A program made the position numbers and the translations under genes. The notes below the pieces were generated by a model. The model was not told the origin of the DNA. It ran no database searches and saw nothing but the letters and a program-made list of their open reading frames with translations. From positions 105,886 through 169,885 of the forward strand of contig MCFE01000106.1 in NCBI GenBank assembly GCA_002104905.1: 64,000 bases of DNA, given 5' to 3'. The DNA is from Basidiobolus meristosporus CBS 931.73 (Eukaryota > Fungi > Basidiobolomycota). Below are positions 12,858 to 25,658 of the stretch, piece by piece (position 1 is the stretch's first letter; each line of letters starts with the position of its first letter).

Positions 12858-15800
12858 ATCTTGGTCGATAGCTTCTCGTATAAGAAAATAGTTTACCGAT
12901 ATACGATGGCATCAATTCACGACGGGTTCTTGCTTTATATACAGTACCCGAGGGCTACTTTCCCAGAAGGGAAACTGGTTGTTACATAAGTCGAATTTGC
13001 AAATCCTAATATCCCGAACGGTTTACAAGATTCAGCACTAGACTGCAATCTCCTAAGATTTTGGAATCATGCAATATACAACTTATAAACCAATGGTTTA
13101 ACCCATTCATGTGGAGTGACATTTACGATAAAAATACGAAACCTTCTATACGTGTTTATTTGAAGCTCAGAGCACTTTGTTAGTCTAAGGCCTAGAGTGG
13201 AAAATTTTATGTCCACCGATCGAGGTGACTGCGACACCTAGCTTACGAAATGCTGGCATAAACTATCTTTGGCCCATGTGGTAGAGTAGATTCTGACTCT
13301 ACAGCATGGTCGTGTCACACGAGATGTTAATACATTCTTAGCATTAACCATTGGAGTTTCGACCATTGGGCTACTAGGATTATGCGTTTCTCTCAATCCT
13401 GACTCTACACCTCTTGTTCAATTTCTCGCTTAAGTTTTATTCATGGCATAACTGATCCATCAACCAACTGTGCAAGAGGTGAATTTGACGTAATCAGCCA
13501 TGTTCTTGAGCAAGACTGAATGTGGACTGGCTCATAAGCCTCCAAGTTGGTCAATAAAATTCGGGCCTCGCATACAGGTTTGTACGGAAGAAAATGATTG
13601 GTATTGTCGAGCAATAGGACTCCTATCTAGTCCTTTTGTATAAATGAAATATCGGCATATGGATCCCAAATAAAGAGCACAACCTTTAGCCCTACGATTT
13701 CGATAAAAGACGATTAGTATGATAACACCAACACAGTATACTATCTTGCTCCGAGCATCTACATCATTTCGTAGATGATTGGAATGGATTGCTGTTTCAT
13801 GTCCCCACGCATGAAAACATGTGGTCTGTGATGACGAGCAGCTTTACGAAGGCGCCTCAAGTGCTCATATTCGAAGAGAGGAGACTAGTAGCACAAACCG
13901 AGCTCAATTCAATATAACAAGGAGTGGACAAGGAAGCGAAGATAAAGGCCGCTACGCGATGGATGAACCCAGAAATATGGGGCGTTGTCCTGACATAAGA
14001 TCTATGCATGCTATCATTTCGGTGAAGGCATACACATTCCGAAGGGATTAGTCACATCGCATAGGGATACGGGCCAGTATTTTGGAGGTCTGAGACATGG
14101 GTCAATTCATGAGTATCTCCTGTTGCTATGGGCAAGCTCGATTAGCCTGCCTGGTTCTGGATCCTTGGAGGGAAGAAACCTTGTCTCAAGTGAGGCAGCG
14201 ATGAAATATCCCTCTTCTGGACCGCGTTTGTGAATAGCTTTTCCATATACTCGGAACACCTCACCTCCATACAGTTGAGACAAGATTCTATGACTGGTGT
14301 TAATGCCAAGTTACGTTTCTGCATGTGTCATCGTGATTACGACCTTCATAGGTTATAGATTAATGGATCTCGTCCAGCCAACACAACCACAATTTCGCAA
14401 TTTGCAGAATCCGAAACTTTGTTCATCCATGGATCAAGTTGGCAACGGATATACTTGTACATATATGGGACTCCTGTTGGCCTCAGTTTTCTTACGAAAC
14501 GCGAGGGGTATGCGAGGTCCACAGATTCTCACCGCACACATTACCCTGGCATTTGAGACAACCGATTCAAGTCCAGAGTACCAATCTTGACTAATATTAA
14601 GTGTTACTACTCTTAATCCGGGTTTATGCATCATGCATGGATGAAGTTAGTAATATTTCCCAGCTGTTTCAAAGTGAATTTTGAGATTGAATGTTAATGA
14701 GGCTAATCCATTAATAGGTCTCCTGAGGCTTATTCTAATGTATACAAGAATAATGTGCAAAAAGCCGATGCTACCGGTCGTAATTGATAAGAGCCGATCT
14801 CCTCCAAGATCTTGGAGGCCCCAGAGATTAGTGCTGTTCGTGACAAGATGATGAAATATGTTAATACATGCTAAATACGATACAATACAAATCAGATCCT
14901 TTCGATATACGGATAAAACACGGGGCTTAGAACTCGAGGAAAGCAGTGGTTATTGTGATTTTACCTGATCATGTCTGGCAGGCTATGCTACTAATTTGCT
15001 ACGTCACTACTCAATGCAATATCAGACTATTTTACAAGAATATCATTGGACAAACAAGCACGACAGGGATTTGTTTGGAGATTGTCAGAATAATATTATG
15101 AAGGCCCTTGTCCCTTTCTGGATATTGCAGTCATTCTATTCACCCATTCCTGGCCCCTTGCTGCGACACTCTAACCGAAAAACCATATTTCAATTGGATG
15201 CTCTGACATGGTGCTTGCATAGTCATTAGATTCAAAGACTTGAAATCCTATCAAGAATTGGTTCTGTTAGGTGCACGATAACGGCTCCCCGGCCCTCAAT
15301 TACCCTCGTATTACTGTTCTTTTTGTTTAGTTGTTGAGAGCAACCCATTACCTTGATTGTATTGTAGAAATATACTACAGTAATCAGCTGATTTGCAAGA
15401 GCATTAAAAGATTCCCGTTGATGAGGATTTACCTAGACTCACCCAGCACATACTTCCTATGAAATGGGGTGAAATAACCCGGTCAGGAGAAATGCCTTCT
15501 TTGGTGTAAACTCGACCAACGATACCTCCGGCATCAATAGTGCCTACACTGAAGCATGGAAGTGATTACGAATTGCAGTATATCGCTCTTTGAGTTTAAG
15601 GTGCTTGGAGTATTTCAGATCGCATGTTGTATGCGAAGCGAAGGATGGTGCTCAAGCATTCTTTAACGGTACGGTAAAATCAGCTAGGAATCTGACCTAC
15701 TCGGTGCTTGCTTGTCAAGGTTATCATTCCAGGCTGAATGGATATCCCTCGTCACACATTTTAGAACAATACTGAAATAGTTACGTGGAGATGGTTGAAC

Positions 15801-16008
15801 TACTCTCGCCAACATGTTGTTTAGCATACTCCTTGAACCCAATATAGTCATTGTGAAATACAATTGGAATTTTGACCGTAGGATCCGACAACCTAACCAC
15901 TTTAATTAAGAATATTCAGAGTTGACACTGCTTTGAGCATGTCCGGAACATTAAAGAATAAACCTCTCATCTGGTGTAGTTTATGAAATATCTTGGTCCT
16001 TGCATAAC

Positions 16009-16656
16009 TTATTTCTTGTCCCATTTTTGGCTTGTATGATCGATCTTCTTTTGCGCCTTAACACCAGACTCGGTGGCCGATCGATGAATATTTTGTGCAG
16101 TCGCATTACTCTTTTGTTTGGCGTCATGGGCATGGCTATGTGCTTCCTTACGCGCACTCTCGGCACTCTTTTGAGCCTTACTGGCGGCTTGGTCGATACT
16201 TTTCTTGGTGGCCTTTGTTGCAGCCTGAACTTTCTCACGGATGGGATCAGAGTAGCCTTCCGCCTTCTGATTGATGGTGTCCAATGTTTCTTTGGCACTG
16301 TTGGCGACGTTCTCGGCACCTGTCTGGACTTTCTTGGCTGCTCCTTCCGCGGCGCCAAGAGCACTGTTGATGGTCTCGCCAACCTTTTGATTTACAGATT
16401 GAGCAGTCTCCTTAATGCTTTCCACAGTGGTTTCAGCAGCTTCTTTGACCTTATCAGTGAAAGTTTGCGGCGCCTTATTTTTCTTCTATGTTGTGTGTTA
16501 GTAAATGCAAGCAACAGAGTGGGAATTGCAACTTACATTGAAAGAATAAGTCTGGAAGGATCTCAGAGAGACAGCCCGTGGCGCATTGGCAATAGAGGAA
16601 AACCGTACAGTGGCAAGTAGAGAAGGCTTTAGGGCTGATCTGGACAACGGATGCAT
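16009..16656 (-). CDS. LEA (group 3-like) hydrophilin with probable mitochondrial presequence, 2 exons
   Basis: Ala/Lys/Glu/Thr-rich quasi-repeats (KVKEAAETTVESIKETAQ, AKETLD, KVQAAT); upstream exon MHPLSRSALKPSLLATVRFSSIANAPRAVSLRSF joined by gtaagt..ctaac..catag intron. Confidence 0.8.
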
Positions 16657-18547
16657 GATTGTAAGCGGGAATCAATGAGGCGATATTTTGTTCAACTCTC
16701 GATATCTCTGTAGACTATATATATGTTTGAACCAACCCTAATTCCCTAAAGCCCTTAAAAATATCCAGTTCTTGCCCCTTTCCCAACCAGAAAGATCTCA
16801 CTAACATGCAAACGTCATCCAAAGATCCAACTGATGCTCTAATAACAATCCCATTATATACCAAGAGGGGCATTTCTCAAACTCTACAGTTGCTACCAGT
16901 ACTTAGTGGCTGAGCCCAGATTTAGAGCATATGCTATGCTTGTGATGTCACCCAACTTGCTGAGCAGGTGAGCTACTGAGCCTATAAGTTGGTCAAACGT
17001 CACACACTCGCCATCTCACCACGTCACTTCAATCAGACGATCTCTGAGAATTGATCGCTGCAACTCGTTTCAAGCCCCACTATTGGTCACATAAGCGGCC
17101 TACCACTTGAAAACGGATGATCCGGAACCTACCCTCAAGAGCTTGTTTTCGTATAGCTTTGCCAGTCACCACCGTCATCAGGTGGTTGAAAAAGGAGTTC
17201 AAGCAACTGAGAAATGATCTCATTTCACAACCACAGTCAGGACGCTGAATATATGATGATCGTCAACCTCCACTCAAGTTCTAGATATTTTCATCTCAAC
17301 CCCATGGGCCAGACCAGACTCTACTTTCTTTGGTGTAAAAGTATGCTTCGGATCTGAACATCCAATCTCTACAGTGAAGACGGTTGGTCTGTTCCAGATA
17401 GCCATGTGATCGAGGGGTGGTAATTCATCTCCCACCAAACTACTTGAACGTAATCCACCTTAGCGAGCCATCTGGCTAGGTTTGATTTTTCGGTAAGACC
17501 GAAGTTGCAGATACCATTCAATCGAGCAAACTATGAGTGTCACTGGCGCCAGTCGTCAGACCACTTTGGGCGGTAGCAGATATCGCCTGTGTATGGATCG
17601 GCTTTATGGTGGTGCCTGAACTTTCGACATCTTCACCGAAACCACGATGTACGTAGAGTCTGCATCAGTACATTAGAAGGGATCAATCTTGTTCAGTTTC
17701 GAGATATCTGGATCAACCACAAACAATTCTTCCTCATGCGTCCCCGAATAGATTATACTCAGCAAGACGAGAGTGGGCCAATCCAAACTCGACCAGGCGC
17801 CAGGTCCATGTTCTTTGAGATCGCACAGCATTCGGTGGGGTTCACCACCGCCTATTGCATTATATTAACGCCAATCTTGACGCCTATATGTTGGGAAAAC
17901 CATGGTGTACGGTATTGTAGATACCAGAGATTCAGTATCGCTTTGGGTGAAGGGAACTCCACGTGTAAACCACGCGGATATGAACAGAATGATCAGAATT
18001 ACGAGGGTTTTCAAGTATACAGTGTTGGTAACATTCGTGCAACTTCGCCAGGCGGGCTCACGTGGAGCAGTCGGCCAATGAATACCTTTGATCTACATAT
18101 TGTATTGCCTACTGCTAGTAATGGAAAAGGCAGTTGAACTAAGATTGGAATAGAAACGTCAAGATGGAACTCGTGGCTCATGTCCCATATACGTATAGTC
18201 CAGTACCCTCTTCGATACATGAGGCTTTTGTTTAAGTTGGGCCCTGCCAGTATGTACCCTTATGATTGTAGCTGACAAAGGATTATTTATTGATAAATAT
18301 ACATTAGCTCCAACATAAATAACAACGCATTCATCAATGATACTTGGATAATCACCAAACGGGGATCTACAGATTAGCTACAATTACACAAAATAAAGAA
18401 GTCCTACTAGATAGGAATGACTTATTTACATTGTTCACCAGGGTAAACGAGAAAGCAAATATTCATTTGCCAACAAAGATTATTGCTATAGCATGCGTGT
18501 AATTACATTCCATCAAGAGAGACTCCAAGTGGATGGTCCGATTGCTT

Positions 18548-19711
18548 TCAGTAATCGGTATTGTCGGAACATGCTTCCAGGTCAATAAATTCATCCATAT
18601 CAAGTGTCAACTCAATAGACATATCCATCATATCGATAACTTCGGGCGAGATGGGAAAGGTGGCTTCGCCAGCATCATAACCAAGCATCACGTCATTTTT
18701 CAACACAGGTGAAGCTTCTATTTCTGGTGGGATATTCAGATTTAACGCCTCTTCCGGAATGTATTGGAGCGACTGCTGGACAATCTCGCTCAGTGTATGT
18801 AATTCATCCAATGTCGGATCCTCCGGTAATTTAAGGTAATCTTTTGCGAGTCGATACACGGTATAATCTACCATGAACGTATGAGCGTTCATATACTTGG
18901 TGGCCACAGAACAAGTCTGTTGTACAGTATTCGTTAACGATTTCATTGGTGTGGGTGTAACTTGTCCGGTTGCATATTTGGTAATCTCTTCCGATAATGA
19001 ATTCAAATCGAAATTCGGAAGTAACGAGCGTGATTTACCTTCGGCCAATTGAGGCTTAGTCCCACTCGGGATGGTATGTTCGTGACTGTCTTCGGGCTTG
19101 TAATAAGGCTGAGGTCTTGTTCTGCCCTTACTCTTACTTTTCCTGAATCGAGGGCTACTTTTGTCGCTGGATTTTTTCATCTCGTATCCCTTGGGTATTG
19201 ACATCTCGTTGTTGACGTAAAATTTGTGATATTCTGGTACGATGGTCCAATAGTTCCCTTTGCCTGGTGTGCCTTTTTGTCGAGCGACTTTCTGGAATGC
19301 TTTGTGTAAAGAAAGGTTGTGGCGGATACTGTTTTGCCATTGTTTTGTAGCAAACTGGTAGTAGCGATAGTTCTCGGTGATGAATGCGTAAATATCTTGC
19401 AACAGCATTTTCTGGTCAGAGGCTGACATGATTGACTGAGCAATTAATGATGCGTAGGTATATCTGGGCTCAACGAGACGTTCACCGTTGGGCAGCACAA
19501 TGACATCGGGTGCATTTAACTCCGATTCATTAGACTCGTCCGAGCTATTAAAGGATTCCTCACTGTGAAGGGTGGGCGTATTGAGTCCCGAGGAACTTGA
19601 GGACGAAACCTCAGAGTCAAACTCATTAAACAAGGTATTATTTAACTGCGCGATGACATCATCCGTAGCGCTGTAAAGTCCTTCAACAGGCATTGTCTGA
19701 ATGTTGAACAT
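18548..19711 (-). CDS. Forkhead (FOX) transcription factor, intronless
   Basis: PRYTYASLIAQSI..LLQDIYAFITENYRYY..WQNSIRHNLSLHKAFQKV..PGKGNYWTI; ATG chosen at 19711 (the track start at 19795 is a GTG). Confidence 0.93.
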   Translation of the reverse strand: MFNIQTMPVEGLYSATDDVIAQLNNTLFNEFDSEVSSSSSSGLNTPTLHSEESFNSSDESNESELNAPDVIVLPNGERLVEPRYTYASLIAQSIMSASDQKMLLQDIYAFITENYRYYQFATKQWQNSIRHNLSLHKAFQKVARQKGTPGKGNYWTIVPEYHKFYVNNEMSIPKGYEMKKSSDKSSPRFRKSKSKGRTRPQPYYKPEDSHEHTIPSGTKPQLAEGKSRSLLPNFDLNSLSEEITKYATGQVTPTPMKSLTNTVQQTCSVATKYMNAHTFMVDYTVYRLAKDYLKLPEDPTLDELHTLSEIVQQSLQYIPEEALNLNIPPEIEASPVLKNDVMLGYDAGEATFPISPEVIDMMDMSIELTLDMDEFIDLEACSDNTDY

Positions 19712-21687
19712 CTTAAAGAGTAGTATAACTTTGGAGCTCGTCGGTAGCCAAGATGCTAAAAATGAATCGGCTTCGTTGTTGGTGTTGGCGATCACCTTTG
19801 AGAGGTTTTATAGGGAATCTCGACGAAGTTGGTCTACGAATTACGACGAGTTGAGTAATACAGGGATTGGAAATCCCATCAATTCACGGTTGATCCAGTG
19901 AAAATTTGTTGAGAAGAATTCTTAGTCGTCTACTAGCACCTTTCTACATGCCCGGATCCAGGTTTCCAAGGTGATCAAATTCCGGATTTAACCAATCCTC
20001 TTCAAGATAATCTCCAGAAAATGCAATATCAGTCGGGTACGATCGCCAATGAAGCGAGCTTCCCTGTCACGGCAAGAATCACCTGCAACAAAATGGACGT
20101 TGGTTATGTTTGGGGCTATTAAAATGATAGCCTATTCCATCGGCTCATCTGAAATTCACGGACTTTCTATATACGGATGCTTCTATATCTTAAAAATAAG
20201 GGCCAGAAGGTCTTAGCAGACAATCCACAGGCTCTTCTCACCGAAGCTCCAATCAAAAGGTCGGCAGCGATTTATAGTGAATCCATCTACTGATTTAACA
20301 TTGACACAGCAGCCTACGACAGGCCCTGTTTCCGAGTGTAGGGAAGGAATTCATACTCTGTTTATAACCCAGTTTGGTAACCTTGGCATCGCTCACTGAT
20401 GATAATATATTTAAAGGAACAGGCCAAAGGCTTGGGTGGATTCGGAACCGTCACGAGTGACAATTTGGTGGAACAGGTAACCATGACTGTTATTCAGCTA
20501 ATGCCATGTATTACTGGACAAGGCGAATATCAACTGCCACTAGAAAATAATTGACGGGGCGTGCGTTCAAGTAGGTTTTTCAATACAATAACATGATATA
20601 TCTCTATCTGGATTGGACTACGAGCTATTCATTGAATGCGATATGGCTTTTAGTGTATGATTTACGTTGAATGATAGTTAGCTATATGCATTCATTTACA
20701 ACAGGAAATAACTGGCCTTTTGACTCGATGTATGCACCAAATCTAACCAGCTCCTCGTTTCGTGATTTGGATGTACAAAACACGCGCTTGAACGGACACA
20801 TAAAGTCCTCACAGATAGCAGAGCGCGTTAGCTTTTCAAAGGATGAATGTTAGTATGTTTGTTCAGGATAGTGCGGAGCGGTGTGCAAGGCGAACTCAGC
20901 TATGACATGAGCAGCCCTCAATGCCATAAGAGTGCGTGATCTTTACTTGGACCATCACCTTTTGCTCATTGGGAATGTGCCGAATGGCTTTCACCAATCC
21001 GTGAATGTGAAACTGGGTATGATGATCGTACGAGATTCCTTAAAAATAGCATCCTGTTTGTTCATCTGATTTGTATTCATTAATGTTGGCATTAATGCAT
21101 GATCGTGAAATGAGCCTTCTTGACTGGATAAAGTCCATGAATGCTATGCCAGCACCATGGTGGATGCTCGAGCTCCTCATTGGTGCTAACTCTTACAAAA
21201 CACAAGCAAATCATATATGCAGTGCACCGAATATATTCCTTGATTTCGGTTCAACCTATTGGACGGCCTTATCTTATGGCATAGATTGAGTGGGCGAGTT
21301 TTTCGCCCGCTATTGGTCACATCCTTCGGTAAGCATTGCTAATTAGATCAATCCAAAGATTTCAGTCACATTAGAGCCTCAAGACTGTATAAATCAGTAA
21401 CCAATATGCATACAGATGGCTAACATTTGAATATACTCAATAGCCATTTACGACTATCTCCTCCAACTTAAATTCGAGACCTTCATTAATTGAGCGCTTA
21501 CAATTACAATATGAATAAGACGATTTGAATAAGATTGGAGCACCCTTTATGATAGCAGGTACAATGAAAAGATGAGTCCGAGCTTCAGAGCTAACACAGG
21601 ATTAGCTTGGGTTGCGATAAGTAGCGTGGGTTGATGGTGGGTGTGAAAGATGCATCTACGCTGAGAATAACTCCTGCGAGCTATCTC

Positions 21688-23241
21688 TCAACGGGAAGCC
21701 CTGTTTAGAAACTTTCTGTAGGCCCATCTCTTCACAAGGTATGCAAATATCCCTGTCACCATAAAGGGGGAGAAGAAGTTCAGAATTTCTCGAATAGCTT
21801 GCAGAGAGCGACTCGTTTTAAATATCCCGGAATGAACACTTGATGTGAGAATGGTTAGCTGCCTCTCTAGATTGCTAACACGGGTAAGGATCTCGCTCAG
21901 TTGTATCGATGCAGCTGAATTGTTTGCCGGAACATTCGAGGGTTGTTTTTGCCCTGTAGAGCCTTTGGGTGCTTGCGTGGAATCCGCAGAGCCAGGAGCT
22001 TGTATTACACGAGACACACTCTCAGGAGGAAGTAATGAGAGTTTTTGATTCAGTTGTCGAAACGACTTTGGGAGCGCAGTGGTAGCAACTTCAAGAGTTG
22101 GTGAGTATTGATTTGATACGATTTCAACAGAAAATAATATCCGTTACCAAATTTGATCACGCTTTTCGGAATCCACCCTTTTGGATCACCATCCACAATT
22201 TGGACCACCCGGCATTTGTTGGGGAACCCAGGCTCAGAACTAACTACCTGTCCAGCAAGTCCGGCTTCCATTCTGACTGTTCCTTTACTCGTCAAATCGG
22301 GGCATTGATCATGAACGACACTTTGGGTGACATTCAAATATCTACCATCCTCTAGTTGCTTCACGTAGGATAGAAGGACAGTATCTCTGGCAGAGGTTGG
22401 CCATATTGGTTTCATCTTCACATATTGGATTTTTGTAGCTGCGTCAAGTTCCTCGATAATTCTAGTCGAGTCGCACAGATCATCCCATTCAGGTCTTTTG
22501 GTTACATCCGAGAGTAAATCAAACGCTGTCTCTGGAGTGTTGTCAGCAGTGGCGACGATTTTGTAGCAAAAGTCCGCATCCTTATGCTTGTAAATCTTTA
22601 GGAAGGATGGCTGAAGCTGGTTCACCATGATTGTCCACGGGCTCCCTGGGGCGTCGGCGTCTTCATCGATGAGTGAGCTGAAGCGCGCAGTCATCTTTTC
22701 ACATTCTTGTACATACGGATGCTTAGGCACTGCGAGTCAGGGTGACCGGAATTAGTACAAGCTTAGAAGAACGGAGTTCTAGAATACAAACCTCCCGTAG
22801 TGGCTTCCTCGGTACTTTGATATTGGTTGGTAGATTGGGTTTCAGTCACTTTATTTCCAAACTGTTGTTTTTCTACAATAGCATCCATAGCGCCAGCATC
22901 AGCTTCTGTTCCAGCACTTCCATTCATGTGGCTGTATTGGTGGGTATTCCCATTCATCACTGCCAAACGTCTATCCTTGGTAGGCACCGCTTTTGCGTTC
23001 CGAAGGAAGCCTATATGATATAGTGGTGCTAAAGAAAAGAAAAGTAGCTGGAATAAAATGTAATGAAGGGCGTCCAAAGTATGTGTCGCAAGAACTAGAT
23101 TTCAAGGAAATTAACAACAGAATGTGGCTTGAGAGAGCTCTGAATTGGAAACGTACATTGATTGAAGGAATAAATCGCAGGCAAAGGTACGGTGAGGAGT
23201 GTAAGTACGACAGCTGCTTCTTTGGTTGACATATACGACAT
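21688..23241 (-). CDS. START-domain lipid-transfer protein with N- and C-terminal hydrophobic segments, 4 exons
   Basis: RPEWDDLC, PIWPTSARDTVLL, DGRYL, RMEAG, DPKGWIPKSVIKF|VATTALPKS; introns gtacgt..ctag etc. maintain frame. Confidence 0.88.
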
Positions 23242-24092
23242 CTTGGGCTTGTCTTCTACTTTATATGCAATCAACTCCGCTACAAATTTTTATCCAAGCT
23301 TAACCTGACTTTGGCTCTTAGTTATACTATGGGAATTTCAGGGTCTGTGGACCAGTAATATAGCGTGACAGTCAGAGGGTGGGTATTTACATCTGATTTC
23401 TGCTCAGAGTCACATGAAATACGACAGAGCGGGGGAACGAGATGGTATAATGGAAATGACACAAATCGTAGGGTCCTTGTCCGACATGAATTTCATGAGG
23501 ATAGCCTAGTAGAATCACTATAAATCAGGACTGTTGTATCCCTGCGCTGAGGCACATAGCAGAAAACATTCGATTAGGCAATACAATATCTCGTACGGCT
23601 CGAATTGGAGAGAGGTATCAGGGTCACCTGATTGCATTCTGCTCTGAGACAAGTAATAAGCAATAAGCATGTGAAGATGATGTTGTGCATGTCATATTCA
23701 ACAATCATATGAAATCCCGCCTACCCCTACTCATCAACACCAATCAACTTCGTCCAGCTTGGAGCTTTTGTAGTTTCCACAAAACCAACTCCCATCCACA
23801 TAATACGGATGACATCAACTGGTAAGTCACGGTCTCGTGATGACAGTTAGCGGTACCAACTTCCCCCCATGTGAGCATCATCCGATTGATATTACCTCGA
23901 CTCGACCCACAGAAACCATAAAAAGGATGCAGCAATTCAACGATTAGACGGATTAAAGTTTATGACGATTCTAGAGTAGTCACACAGGACGCTGAAATCT
24001 ATCAAGTTCGGGAACGGATTAAAGAGGGGAGAGGGTGCAGATTATGTTATTTGTTGAGGGCAGGCGATATTTCCAGAATCTATACAATTACT

Positions 24093-25658
24093 TTAAAGTG
24101 GATTAAGACATGCTACTTTCAACCCTGGCGAGGCGCCGTTGTGATACCGCGTGAGGGATGGATCGAGCATTTTCTCGTTGAACTCTTGATGTCCTACTTT
24201 GGAGCTTGGTATTCCCATTGTGTTTTGGACTCGAAGTTTTAGCCGTCGGAGTTTACCATATATCTTTTCGGTTAAATGTTTGGGTGGAACTAATATACTG
24301 CGTCGGCGTTTAGTATGGACAACTTTAGTGCCCGTTGAAATTGTGCTGGGGGCTAGGGTGGTCGTCATGTCGTCCGAATCGGATGGTATGGTCGATCTGG
24401 AGTTGATGGCGTGAGCACACGAATCCACCAAAGACGGTAGGTAGGTTGCAGTGCTCCGAGATTCCGAAAAGGAGGGGGTTTCAGGTGGCTCAAAGGTGGA
24501 GGCGGCAGCGATTGCAGGCTTGTCTTCCCCTGCCACTGCGCTCTCTAGTGTTGGTGATTCGGATCGAGAATATTTCGAAAGGTTTGAGGCTTTTGAGGCA
24601 ACGGATGTCACGCTCCTAGCGGAGAGACTTCTTTGATATCCCTCGCCCTTGCTATTCAGCAGAAAGGAGGAAATGATGGACACTCTTGATTTAGTATTGG
24701 TTGGCGATTTCATGCTGAGCCTCAGTATACTAGAGCGCAAACTGGACAGCAAGGATGAGGGGGTTACAGGTGTGAACTCAGAAAGCGAATTCAGTATCGG
24801 CACCAGGTTATACTCAATGGAGGACAGCGACCCTAGGCTTTGACTCAAAATTCGAAGCGACATTGGTATTGCATTGGTCGCTACTGTGGAAAGAGTCAGT
24901 AAATCGTCCCTCACAATAGCGTTGAACCAGTGGCGGCTTACCGAATTTCACGATGTTTCTGGGGACCCAACCTTTGGGATCCCCGTTGGCCACGAAAATC
25001 ACTCTGCATTTCGTATTATCATTCGGGTCGGGGGACACGCACATTCCCAGGAAGTTGACCTCCATCCGAAGGACACCTTTCTTGATGGGGCATTTGTCGT
25101 GGTCCATGCTTTTGCCGACCATCACATATCTGCCATCGTTAAGTTTTTTCATCGTCGTTAGCAAGAGAACATCTCTGGCTGAGATTGGCCAGACTGGTTT
25201 TGTCCTGATATGTTGAAAGCGGGTAACTGGATCCACAGCTTCAATGATTTCCGCACAGTCACAGATTTCATCCCATTGCTTCCATCGATTAACATTCAGC
25301 ATGTACTCGAAGGCTAATTCCGGAGTGCAATTTAGATGCGCTACGATCTTGTATCCATAGCTCACATTTGGATTCTGGGAGATATGTATGAATGGCTCGT
25401 CTGCATGATGGAGCACTTTCAAGGACTCATTACTCTCCAAGGAGTCATCCAACGACTCGACAAACTGTGAAAGCATCCTTTCGCAATCCGATGAATATTC
25501 ATGGTCGAACACTAACGTAGAGCACTCGTTAATCGAAGTCAAATGAAAATGTGGCTTAGCAACTTACTGGATCCCTCGTTCAGTTTCCTATCTGCAGGTT
25601 TCACCGCGATCTCTGATTTGTTAGAGAGGTCTAAGGAGGCTCTGGTGGAGACGGTCAT
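24093..25658 (-). CDS. START-domain lipid-transfer protein with Ser-rich cytosolic tail, at least 3 exons
   Basis: WKQWDEIC, PVWPISARDVLLL, DGRYV, RMEV, DPKGWVPRNIVKF|VATNAIPMS; first exon MTVSTRASLDLS.. joined by gtaagt..ttag intron. Confidence 0.88.

Noticed and set aside
13100-15900. Scattered short ORFs with protein-like stretches
   Set aside because: Frequent stops and no recognisable domain; may be a decayed gene but is unsupported.
16000-16620. 206-aa plus-strand ORF
   Set aside because: Antisense shadow of the repetitive LEA gene, which has the signal, intron and composition support.
16800-18220. 182-aa ORF 17589-18137 and upstream exon-like pieces
   Set aside because: Non-ATG start, stops in all candidate spliced frames and no motif; at most a pseudogene.
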